The notes beneath the pieces were generated by a model. The model was not told the DNA's origin. It made no database searches and saw only the letters and a list, made by a program, of their open reading frames with translations. Of a DNA stretch of 64,000 nucleotides, positions 22,501-34,300 are shown one piece after another. The stretch is from the NCBI GenBank assembly GCA_030704615.1, contig CM060733.1, forward strand, positions 50,158,001-50,222,000. Reading direction: 5' to 3'. A program made the position numbers and the translations under genes. Position 1 is the first letter of the stretch, and each line of letters opens with the position of its first letter. The stretch is from Takakia lepidozioides (taxonomy: Eukaryota > Plantae > Bryophyta).

Positions 22501-24873
22501 TGCTTCCAATTCTCAATTGGATTACTGGCATAGAATCATCAAAGTCCATGACTGTTTCTCGCCCTTCCGGCTTCACATTATAACTGGTCACCTTGCTGTT
22601 CAGGTCTGTGTTTCCTGTCTCCTGGGCAATTCGATTGATTGCTTGATACAGCCTGTGTCTACAATAAGGTGCCACAGCCAATAGCTGTCCAATGGTAATC
22701 TCTGCTTTGGTCTGGCATATTACTTCAGCCAAAGTCCCTTCATTACTTTGCATGTCTGCAGCTTCTTTCTTCCTTTCATCCTCACTCACTTCTTCTTCTC
22801 CATCAGAATCAGAGGAATCTGCCACAGGAATATCAGTACTCTTCTGCATTTCCCTTATGGTATCTGCCACTTCCTTGTGCAGTTCCTTCTCATCTCTCCA
22901 AGCCTCATCATCTTCAGGCATATCACTGCCACCTTCATTATCATCATCTTCCTCAACTACTGGAGGTATTAGTTTGGCTTTGCTTCTTGTTACTATCATT
23001 GTACTTACTTCTGGTACAACACATGGCCTAACCATGTGAGCTGCCACCAGTGGGCCCTCAGTCACAGGAGCTCTCATCTCATTCTGGTGTCTAATCCAGA
23101 ACGAACAGGCTGCCTTGCGATGTCCTGGCTGATTACAATAGTAACACAGTTCTTCACCATTGGGTCCTCGCCCTTGGTCTGCTCTTGGATTATTTCTATA
23201 ATCCTGATTCCTTGGCTGGTAATTCCCCCTTGGATTACCCTGATAGTTGCCTCTGGAATTTCCTTGGTAATTCCCTCTTGAATTACCTCTCCCTTCCATG
23301 CCATTGTTATAACCACCAGGCCTACCATAGTGGTCCTGATCATTGTTTCTTCTTGGCTAGGGCTGCACTTGATGCACCCCTACTTGCCTAGGTTCTCTTG
23401 CAGCTGTCCTTCTGTTGTAGTAAAAATTCTCAGCAGAATGGTTATCCATTTTACAGATAGTACAGTGTTTCTCCTTCATGTGGCATTCAGTGGTGGTATG
23501 GCCTTCATTCTGGCACTTTGCACACCAAACACCCTTCCTCCAATGTGTTGCGGCCTCTGTGGCATACTTCTTCAAGATTTCTTCTAATCTTTTCTCATAG
23601 TTATCCCTCTTCAACTTCTCCTTTCTCTTACTCTTCCTTTTAAGTTCTTGCTCTTTTTCTTCTTCATCTGACTCATCCTCAGAGTCCTCATCATCCATTT
23701 TCTCTCTCCTGAGCATTCCCAATTGCTCAATTTTATTTGCAGTTTCAAATGCCTCCTCCACTGTATTATGGGGTAACATATCCACTTTCTTTTGCAACTC
23801 TGGTCTTAGTCCACTCACAAACCAAGTCTTCTGTAAACCTGGTGTTGGTACAGCAGCCAGCTTTTTCATCATCAATTCCATCTTTTCCATATACTCCTCA
23901 ACAGTTTCATGCTTCTTTTGCTTTAACTGTTGTAATTGTTCACTATACACATGTGCTCAAATTGGCTAATGTGTACATCGGGATCCCCTTTTCCTGAATA
24001 TATTGGAAAAGGTGGTTTTGCCCGTGTTGGTTGTAATGCCATCTGTGGCCCTACCTTCTGCCCACTGACAGGTGCTGGCACCCTTGCTGGTGCTGGTCCT
24101 TCAGGACCTGTTGTTGTTGTGGTGGATCTTCCACCAAGTGGTGGTCCTTGAGCACTTCCTGCTACTGGCCCCACGATATTCACAGTATTCCCAGCTCCAG
24201 TTGCACTACTTCCCACACTCCATGTCCCCCCAGAGCCAGATCCAGGCAGCCCGCTTGATCCCCCTGAGCCGACGCCTTCGTTGGCCTGTGATCCAAGTGC
24301 TCCACTTGATCCAGGTCCAACGGGTTGGGATGTCCTGGTTGTAGTCTCAACCTCAGCTGTTGGGTCTACTTCTTCATACTTTTCCTCTTCCAATTTCTTC
24401 TCTCTATTTTCATCCTCCAAGTTCTGCCCTTGGGTTTCTTCTTCACTCATGTAACTCAACTGCAATGGTGTTGGAGAGTCTGAACTCTCCGTTGGCTCTA
24501 CCACATCCTCTCCTCCTTCTTCACCTTCCGCTTCAGAAACTGGAGTTCCTGCTTTTGGTGTTCCATGCCAACTCTTATCAAAGATTTCTGTCAAATCTTT
24601 TATCCAGGGATGTACCTCAGATCTTTCACCTCGTGATTGATCTTCTTCCCGTACCAATTCCCTTAATCTTTCTTGCAAAGAAAAAGAAGGAGTGGCATCC
24701 AACTCTAGTTCTTCCGGTATGGGTGATGTACTCTCTGATCTTAATGGTGTGAGAGGTCCAGATGATTCCCCTATGTCTATTCCTCTCTCCCAAAGATATG
24801 GATAATTAGCTTTCAAATAGCTTTCTCTTTTTGCTGAATATCTCTGGCGTCTAGCTTCTCTTTCATCACTCAT
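22427..24873 (-). pseudogene. Gypsy-2 gag with three CCHC-type zinc knuckles
   Basis: LKQKKHETVEEY, FVSGL, CAKCQNEGHTTTEC, CTICKMDNHSAENF (degenerate), CYYCNQPGHRKAAC. Confidence 0.9.
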
Positions 24874-25450
24874 GTCCCATGTCTTTCATTTCTTTTAATG
24901 TGGCAATAACCAAAACTCTCTTCTGTAATATCTCTCGTATATGCCTGGGTTTCTTTCAAGCTTCAATGCACCCTTGGCTATACTAGAAATCTCCGTTACC
25001 ATATAACCATATGGCAAACAAGTCTGGAAAGCTGTTCATGGTATGAGTTTGATCCACAAAATATCCTTTGGAATCCAATTCTTTACCAGTACAAGCTCTT
25101 CATGCATATGAGTATAAACATTCACCTTTCTTTCCTCCCAGCCTTCAAACTCTACTCGCTTAATGGATAGCAATGCTATCACATAAACCAGTGTTGGTAA
25201 CCAATGTGCTCTTCCTCTACAGGCCACCTGATAAATCTTTATCACACCTTTCTCCAGACCCCATTCAGGGTCAGCATCATGCACTCTTTTAAGAATGTTT
25301 TCTTTACAACCGTCTGGCAATTCCAAGAACCTCTGAAAGAATCGTTTGGACAATCTTTCCTTCTCAGTTTCACAAGGAATTTGATTCACATCAAATTCTT
25401 TAATTCTCCAACCACCATGATCCCACCAGATGCCTGTCACATCTGGTTGT
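24866..25450 (-). pseudogene. Extra 5' ORF of unknown function between PBS and gag
   Basis: Coding-like ORF 25036-25590 continues past one stop; one frame ends TLKEMKDMGHE* with its stop just inside the gag start (ATGAGTGA). Confidence 0.45.
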
Positions 25451-25462
25451 TCATGACCCAGT

Positions 25463-25480
25463 TCCCCAGTATGGTCGCCA
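25463..25480 (-). promoter_or_regulatory. Primer-binding site TGGCGACCATACTGGGGA (tRNA-Arg-like)
   Basis: Lies 2 nt after the LTR-terminal CA and starts TGG; resembles Arg-type PBSs of plant non-chromoviruses. The tRNA identity is inferred. Confidence 0.75.
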
Positions 25481-25482
25481 AA

Positions 25483-26522
25483 TGTCGCGCGGCTTTTACT
25501 CACCCATCCCTTCGCTATCCGAGGTGGGAACTCCAAGATAGAAGAGTTGGAAATCTCTAAGCACTCAGCCCGCTCAGAACAATCAGTCATGACCTACAGC
25601 TAGTGTATCATGGGGGTGTTTCCTATTTGTACTCCTTCCCGCATTCATGTTAGCGAGTTACCTTACTATCTGTAATTAAGTATCAGTTGCTTCAGAAATC
25701 TATCAAGTTCCATCCATTCATTCCACAGCTTCACTCAGGTCTCTCTACACAGTGTGAGTATGAAGTATGTATCAGATTAATATCTATCAAGTATCAAGCT
25801 GAAGCCATGGTGTCTCTATTCTGCTCTACATTACAACTCTACTTCTTGCATTCAGCAAGTATCAATAGATCGTTCTCCTCCTACTCCATGCTCTCCCTCT
25901 TTCTGCTCAGAGATGCGCTCTCCGCTTCCTTTCCAAGTTGTGATCCCCCCCCCGAAGTCCTTCCAGAAGTGATCCTCTTCCCCCAGAAGTGATCCCCTCA
26001 GATGTCCCCGCTTCCCGCTTTATCTCTTTACTAGCCGTTCTAACCGCTTTCCTAACTAACAGTTATCTCTGTAGTACACATTCTTTTTTCAGATGTCGTT
26101 CCCCCACAGTCGTTCCCTGCCAATGGTTACTGTTCCCCAGTTGTGCCGAGCTGTGACTGGCTGTGACTGGCTGTGTCGGGCTGTGTAGGGCTATGCGAAG
26201 CTGTGGCGGCTGTGTTGGACTGTGTCGGGCTGTGTCGAGCTGTGACTGGCTGTGCGACTGTGTCGGGCTGTGTCGGCTGTGTTAAGCTGTGACTGGCTAT
26301 GCAACTGTGTCGGGTTGTGTCGGCTGTGTTAAGCTATGACTGGCTGTGTGACTGTGACGGGCTGTGTCGGCTGTGTTAAGCTGTGACTGGATGTGTGACT
26401 GTGACGGGTTGTGACTGGTCTATGTAAAAAATAAGGGTACCCTTTGGAACCCATAAAAATGTCTAAGTCCCAGACCCCACAGAACTCATAAAAGTGCCTA
26501 AGTCCCTAGTAGTCCTCTAACA
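25483..26522 (-). repeat. 5' LTR of Gypsy-2 (1040 bp, TGTTAG...CGACA) containing GCTGTG tandem repeats at about 26140-26420
   Basis: TG...CA ends, adjacent PBS, clean junction to PPR sequence. Confidence 0.8.
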
Positions 26523-28950
26523 AACGCGATGCTTGCAGGGTATGCGCAGCAAGGGCGCGGGATGGAGGCTTTGGAGACCTATGATCAAATGATGGGGGAA
26601 GGGGTGAAGCCCGACCACATCACGTTCGTATGCATTTGTAGTGCGTGTGCAAGCCTGGCAGCTCTGGAAAAGGGCGAAGAGGTCCATGGCGACATTGTCA
26701 TACCAAATGTCATTCTGAACAATACCCTCGTGGACATGTATGAAGGGAGTGTTTGCAGTGCGTGTGCTGGAAAAGGGCAAAGAGGTGCATGGTTGCATCG
26801 CCAAAGCTGGAATTGTACATACTGAACCATACCCTCGTGGACATGTATGCCAAATGTGGGAGCATTGAGGATGCGGAGGGAGTGTTCAACAATTTGCCTG
26901 AACAACGTCGCGTGACAGGTGGTGTGCTTGAAGTGTTCGAGATTCAGCAATGCTTGCTAGACGCAGAAGCAATCATGCAAGAAAACGAAGGATCCAGTGA
27001 CCGCTGTAAACTTGTTGAAGGATATGGTATTCAAGGACAATGTGGTGAGGGCACCTTCTTCTTAGACCTATATCAGCCTGTTTTGCCCTCTCATCAGACT
27101 CGGCCTTGAGATGCATATTGAATTTTGTCAGTTAGCTCGTTAGCTCGAAGCAGGGATAGAGTGTGGGTCCAGATTCATCCAAGAGGCCAGATTTCAAGCA
27201 CAAGAGTACCTGTGATTCCATGTGGATTGATAGCTACAATAAACCTGCATGGGTAGATGGTCAACTGGAAGCCGTAGAAGCAGCGGCACAATTGATGAAA
27301 TCAGGCATTGCTAATCAAGGAATGCCAGTTTTTCCCTCACAACAGGAAAGCAGCCAAAAACAGGTAACAGAGATGAGGAGAAGCTGTGGAATGAATACTT
27401 TTCTGACCACATAACGTTTGTGTGCGTGTGCAAGCCTGGCAGCCCTGGAAAAGGGCAAAGAGGTCCATGGTTACATCGTCAAAGCTGGAAATGTACCAAA
27501 TGTAATTCTGAACAATACCCTTGTGGACATGTATGCCAAATGTGGAGGGAATGTTCAACAATATGGCTGAATCTGCCTGTTTTGCCCTCTCATTAGACTC
27601 GGCCCTGAGATGCATATTGAATACTGTAAGTTAGCTCGTTGGGTGTATCTGTGGTGGTTAGGAGTGACTTTGACAAGTTACTGCCAATGTGGCAGCAGGA
27701 AAGTATCCAAAAACAGATAACATAGATGAGGAGAAGCTTGTTGACGTTTGTTTGCATTTGCAATGCGTGTGCAAGCCTGGCAGCCCTGGAAAGGTGCAAT
27801 GAGGTCCATGGTGACATCGTCAAAGCTGATTTGTACCAGATGTCATCCTGAACACATCCCTGCTGGACATGTATGTGTGCATCGAGGATGCAAAGGGAGT
27901 TTTCGACAGTATGGCTGAAAGAAATGTGGTGTCGTGGAGGGCGATGATTGCAGGATATGCATAGCAAGGGGCGGGATGGAGGCTTCGGAGACCTATGAGC
28001 AAATGATGGGGGAAGGGGTGAAGCCCGACCGCATAACGTTTTTTTGCATTTGCAATGCGTGTGCAAGCCTGGCAGCTCTGGAAAGGTGCAAAGTGGTCCA
28101 TGGTGACATCGTCGCATCTGGAATTGTACCCAATGTCATTCTGAACACTGCCCTGCTGGACATGTATGTCAAATGTGAGCGCATCGAGGATGCAAAGGGA
28201 GTTTTCGACAGTATGGCTGAAGGAGATGTGGTGTCGTGGAGGGCGCTGATTGCAGAATATGCACAGCAAGGGCGTGGGATGGAGTCGTTGGAGACCTATG
28301 AGCAATTGATGTGCGAAGGGGTGAAGCCCAACCACATAACGTTTGTGTGCATTTGCAAGGCGTGTGCAAGCCTGGCAGCTTTGGAAAGGTGCAATGAGGT
28401 CCATGCATGTGACATCGTCAAAGCTGGATTTGTACCAGATGTCATCTTGAACACTGCCCTGCTGGACATGTATGTCAAATGTGAGTGCATCGAGGATGCA
28501 AAGGGAGTGTTCGACAATATGGCTGAAAGAAATGTGGTGTCGTGGAGTGCGATGATTGCAGGATATGTACAGCAAGGGGCGGGATGGAGGCTTTGGAGAC
28601 CTATGAGCAATTGATGTGCGAAAGGGTGAAGCCCAACCACATCACATTTGTTTGCGTTTGCAATGCTTGTGCAAGTCTGGCAGCCCTGGAAAGGTGCAAT
28701 GAGGTCCATGGTGACATCCTCAAAGCTGGATTTGTACCAGATGTCATCCTAAACACTGCCCTGCTGGACCTGTATGTCAAATGTGAGTGCATCAAGGATG
28801 CAAAGGGAGTGTTCGACAGGATGACTGAACGAAATGTGGTGTTGTGGAATTCAATGATCGCAGGATATGCCCAACATGGTTGTCATAGGGAGGTCCTGCA
28901 ACTATTTGAAGGAATGTAAAAGAACGGCTTGAAGCCGGACAGTATCACCT
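26523..28950 (+). pseudogene. Fragmented PLS-class PPR gene copies
   Basis: Repeated P-L-S motifs (VVSW.AMIAGYAQ.G, GVKP..ITF...NACASLAALE.G..VH, VILNTALLDMY.KC) with deletions, frameshifts and stops. Confidence 0.9.
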
Positions 28951-29674
28951 TTATATGTGGTCTCTCTGGGTAGATGGTCAACTGAATGCAGCAGTTGCAG
29001 CGGCACAGTTGATGAAATCAGGCACCTCATCCATGGCCACAGCTTCTGAAAGAGGATCAAGAGAGGGAGTCCACAATACCTCTTCTGGCACTTCTGGGCA
29101 TGTGCAGATACTTTGTGCGACAGGCAGACTGGCAGAGGCTCTACAAACTATAAACCAAAGAGGCATTTCAGCAGATTCAGATACGTATGCTTATCTCTTG
29201 CTTAAGTGCATCAAGATGGGAGGTTTGGAAGCTGGAAAGCAAGTGCACACTCACATTATCCAAAGTGGATACACATCAAAAAAAATTCTACTCAATTCCC
29301 TTGTCAACAGCGTAGCTACGGCGTGAGCCCAGCCCCGTGAGCCTGGGAGCTGAGCTCACGTTGAAGCTGCAAAGCGTGAGCTGAGCTCACACTTCAGGGA
29401 AGCGTGAGCGGCACAAATCTGCTGGAGAAGCAGGTCCTATAGGCGAGGATTGCAGGAAGAGGGCCTATTACCGTGGACAAAACAAAGGGGGCCACCATGC
29501 ACCGTGTCTGCAATGCCTGCACAAAAAGAGGAATATGAAAATATGGCAGATTTGAGCTCAGAATGATTGACACACTTTATTTGAATTCACAGATAGACGC
29601 TTACAATGAATGGCATGTGCATTTGCCCTGGTTCCGTGAACGAAATGTATGTGTTTGTCATAAATGCAAAGTCT

Positions 29675-30939
29675 TCACACGGTAACCTGGGAACCAACAT
29701 GGGAAGCGGGCATGGCTCGTATGTGTTCAAAGAGAATTTGGCGGAGCCCACGTGAGGTGTCCCGCTGCAGAAGGGTGATGACTTCTCCGTAGCCTAGTGT
29801 GGCTTGGTGAATGAATTGGTCTCTCTTACCGTCGCAACACATAATTACAAGATATATGTAATATTGATGCTTGCAGAGGATCCACTTCCCTCTCATGCCG
29901 AGAGCGCCCTCACGCATCGTTACAAAATCCGGACAAGTGCATTTAGGGAAATTCCCCATGGTAACCTGATATTCTTTGCCATGAAAAATTGAGCCAATAG
30001 ACAGCACTGTGTAAATCTGTCCATACCCCGGGGCAGGGACTTCGGTGATACGAGTCACCCGAGCCTGCAAAATTCTAGCCGATTCCATCTTGCATTTGTG
30101 ATTTGCACCCGATTCGTCATCAGCCGATTAGCGCTGTTTCTCAGCCGAGGGCAAGAAATATTCACGCACTTGCAATGCCCAACGCAAACCGACCTTCGAA
30201 ATTTCAATCCAATGTCGTTGTGGATGTTCGATGTTTTTGTCATGCACCAAGGGTGTCCGTCATGTTTCTTGTCCATGCCTTGCAGAAGCCTAGCCAGTCC
30301 ACTGGAAGACGTGGGAGGGTTGAGCTCAAACAAGATGTCCCCATCAAACTTTGTTGGCACGTATTGAACCCGCTGCACACGAAGGGACTCCCAATCAACA
30401 AAACGCAGCTCGCTCTTGCACCCAGGCACCCCTGCGAGGGCTTTCCATTTCGGAATGACACTCGTTATCTCCTGCAATTCGTCATCATCCAAGATGGGAG
30501 TCTGCACTGGCGGAGGAATCTCAGAAACATCCTCCGAGGACGAGTCTGAAAGAGTCACGAATGTAGTGGATGTGCTCACCTCTTGTTTCACATGAACTGT
30601 GCCCTTCTGCTGCACGACTGATGCTGCAGTGCCAGGGGTAACTACTGATCCTGCTGATTGTCTTCTCTCTTTTCCAAGGACACAGGATGTGCCTGGAAGG
30701 ACTCTCCACTTCCTTCCACACTCGCCAACCAATGGTTTCTCCAAGTGCCCAGAATCCAAATTCCCATCCTCGTCATACACCTCTTTTTGAACAAGCAGAG
30801 AACCCAATTCCAGCGGGAACACTGTAACCAGCTCATCCTCATGAACAACTGCAAACCCATTGTCATCTGTAGTGGTAGTCAGTGGAAGACTACCTGCATT
30901 GGAATGAAATCGAGCGAGTCTATCTTGCTCCCTCGACAT
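29675..30939 (-). pseudogene. MULE-2 transposase remnant: first half of the GCM-like domain joined by deletion to the C-terminal SWIM finger; DDE core missing
   Basis: MSREQDRLARFH...GMDKKHDGHPWCMTKTS...CVGHCKC...C, then YQVTMGNFPKCTCPDF...CKHQYYIY. Confidence 0.75.
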
Positions 30940-31319
30940 GTTTTCCTCCACTGACCAAAATTTGCGATTCACAACGGAATCCCCGAACTGATAGCCCGTA
31001 ATTCTCGAAAGGGGATCCACCACAAACAAACTGAGGTCAATAAGGTTAGCACTAACCCAAAGACTGTGGGCGATGCCTGCAAAGGATGTAGGAATGACAT
31101 GCACCGAACTTCGCAGACAACCACACTGAGAGACACCAACCAGAAAACTGTTTACGGTGACAAGAAGCCACAAGAAGTCGTGTTGTATTTGGATGAAAAA
31201 CAAACCCTAAACATGACATGAAACCATCAATTATGGAAAGACGACAACAACCCTAGAGAGCAGTAAACAGGAAGACCCCAAATGTAATGAGGTTGTGTTG
31301 TGCACCTTGTCATTGTTTT

Positions 31320-34300
31320 TTTCATTTGGAATCGGCCTCATAGGGTATCTCTTTGAACTTCAATGCACACTTACCTGGCAGCTCTAACAGTGTGTGTCAA
31401 CGCACATTGTTTGAGCCCACCTTGTCATTCTTTTTTTCATTTGGAAATCGGCCTCATAGGGCATCTCTTTGTTGTTCAATGCACACTTACCTGGCAGCTC
31501 CAGCAGTGTGCGTCAACGCACACTATTTGAGCCCACCTTGTCATTGTTTTTTTTCATGTGAAAATCGGCCACATAGGGCATCTCTTTGAGCTTCAATAAA
31601 CACTTACGTGGTAGCTCCAGCAGCGTGCGTCAATGCACACTGTTTGAGCCCACCATGTCATTATATTTTTAATCTAAAAATCGGTCACATAGGGCATCTC
31701 TTTGAGCTTCAATGCACACTTACGTGGCAGCTCAAATAGTGTGCGTCAACGCACACTGTTTGAGCCCAACTTGTCATTGTTTTTTTCATGTGAAAATTGG
31801 CCACATAGGGCATGTATTTGAGGTTCAATGCAGACTTACCTGGCAGCTCAAACAGTGTGCGTCAACGCACACTGTTCCAGCCCACCATGTCATTGTTTTT
31901 TTTTATATGAAAATCGGCCACATAGGGCATCTCTTTGAGCCTCAATACACACTTACGTGGCAGCTCAAACAGTGTGGGTCAACGCACACTGTTTGACCCC
32001 AACATGTCTTTATTTTTTTCATGTGAAAATCGGCCACATAGGGCATGTATTTGAGGTTCAATGCAGACTTACGTGACAGCTCAAACAGTGTGCGTCAACG
32101 CACACTGTTGCAGGCAACCATGTTTTATTTATTTATTTATTTTTATTTTTTCTGAAAATCGGCCACATAGGGCATCTCAAGGCAGCTCCAGCAGTGTGCG
32201 TCAACGCACACTGTTTGAGCACACCATGTCATTATTTTTTTAATCTGAAAATCAGCCACATAAGGCATCTCTTTGAGCTTCAATGCACACTTACGTGGCA
32301 GCTCAAATAGTGTGCGTCAACGCACACTGTTTCAGCCTAACTTGTCATTGTTTTTGTCATGTGAAAATTGGCCACATAGGGCATGTATTTGAGGTTCAAT
32401 GCAGACTTACCTGGCAGCTCAAACAGTGTGCGTCAACGCACACTGTTCCAGCCCACCATGCCATTGTTTTTTTTTATATGAAAATCGGCCACATAGGGCA
32501 TCTCTTTGAGCCTCAATACACACTTACGTGGCAGCTCAAACAGTGTGCGTCAACGCACACTGTTTGACCCCAACATGTCTTTATTTTTTTCATGTGAAAA
32601 TCGGCCACATAGGGCATGTATTTGAGGTTCAATGCAGACTTACGTGACAGCTCAAACAGTGTGCGTCAACGCACACTGTTGCAGGCAACCATTTATTTAT
32701 TTATTTATTTATTTATTTTTTGAAAATCGGCCACATAGGGCATCTCATGGCAGCTCCAGCAGTGTGCGTCAACGCACACTGTTTGAGCACACCATGTCAT
32801 TATTTTTTTAATCTGAAAATCGGCCACATAAAGCATCTCTTTGAGCTTCAATGCACACTTACGTGGCAGCTCAAACAGTGTGCGTCAACGCACAATGTTT
32901 GAGCCCAACTTATCATTGTTTTTGTCATGTGAAAATTGGCCACATAGGGCATGTATTTGAGGTTCAATGCAGACTTACCTGGCAGCTCAAACAGTGTGCG
33001 TCAACGCACACTGTTCCAGCCCACCATGTCATTGTTTTTTTTTATATGAAAATCGGCCACATAGGGCATCTCTTTGAGCCTCAATACACACTTACGTGGC
33101 AGCTCAAACAGTGTGCGTCAACGCACACTGTTTGACCCCAACATGTCTTTATTTTTTTCATGTGAAAATCGGCCACATAGGGCATGTATTTGAGGTTCAA
33201 TGCAGACTTACGTGACAGCTCAAACAGTGTGCGTCAACGCACACTGTTGCAGGCAACCATGTTTTATTTATTTATTTATTTTTATTTTTTCTGAATATCG
33301 GCCACATAGGGCATCTCAAGGCAGCTCCAGCAGTGTGCGTCAACGCACACTGTTTGAGCACACCATGTCATTATTTTTTTAATCTGAAAATCGGCCACAT
33401 AAGGCATCTCTTTGAGCTTCAATGCACACTTACGTGGCAGCTCAAATAGTGTGCGTCAACGCACACTGTTTCAGCCCAACTTGTCATTGTTTTTGTCATG
33501 TGAAAATTTGCCACATAGGGCATGTATTTGAGGTTCAATGCAGACTTACCTGGCAGCTCAAACAGTGTGCGTCAACGCACACTGTTCCAGCCCACCATGC
33601 CATTGTTTTTTTTATATGAAAATCGGCCACATAGGGCATCTCTTTGAGCCTCAATACACACTTACGTGGCAGCTCAAACAGTGTGCGTCAACGCACACTG
33701 TTTGACCCCAACATGTCTTTATTTTTTTCATGTGAAAATCGGCCACATAGGGCATGTATTTGAGGTTCAATGCAGACTTACGTGACAGCTCAAACAGTGT
33801 GCGTCAACGCACACTGTTGCAGGCAACCATTTATTTATTTATTTATTTATTTATTTTTTGAAAATCGGCCACATAGGGCATCTCATGGCAGCTCCAGCAG
33901 TGTGCATCAACGCACACTGTTTGAGCACACCATGTCATTATTTTTTTAATCTGAAAATCGGCCACATAAAGCATCTCTTTGAGCTTCAATGCACACTTAC
34001 GTGGCAGCTCAAACAGTGTGCGTCAACGCACAATGTTTGAGCCCAACTTGTCATTGTTTTTGTCATGTGAAAATTGGCCACATAGGGCATGTATTTGAGG
34101 TTCAATGCAGACTTACCTGGCAGCTCAAACAGTGTGCGTCAACGCACACTGTTCCAGCCCACCATGTCATTGTTTTTTTTTATATGAAAATCGGCCACAT
34201 AGGGCATCTCTTTGAGCCTCAATACACACTTACGTGGCAGCTCAAACAGTGTGCGTCAACGCACACTGTTTGACCCCAACATGTCTTTATTTTTTTTCAT

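Larger units (their letters stand above)
15400..26522 (-). mobile_element. Gypsy-2: non-chromoviral Ty3/gypsy LTR retrotransposon (5' LTR, PBS, extra 5' ORF, gag, pol, extra 3' ORF); 3' LTR missing
   Basis: Order PR-RT-RH-INT; no chromodomain or additional RNase H seen; TG...CA LTR and PBS present. Abuts a PPR motif (AACGCGATG, NAML) at 26523. The lower boundary is approximate. Confidence 0.9.
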
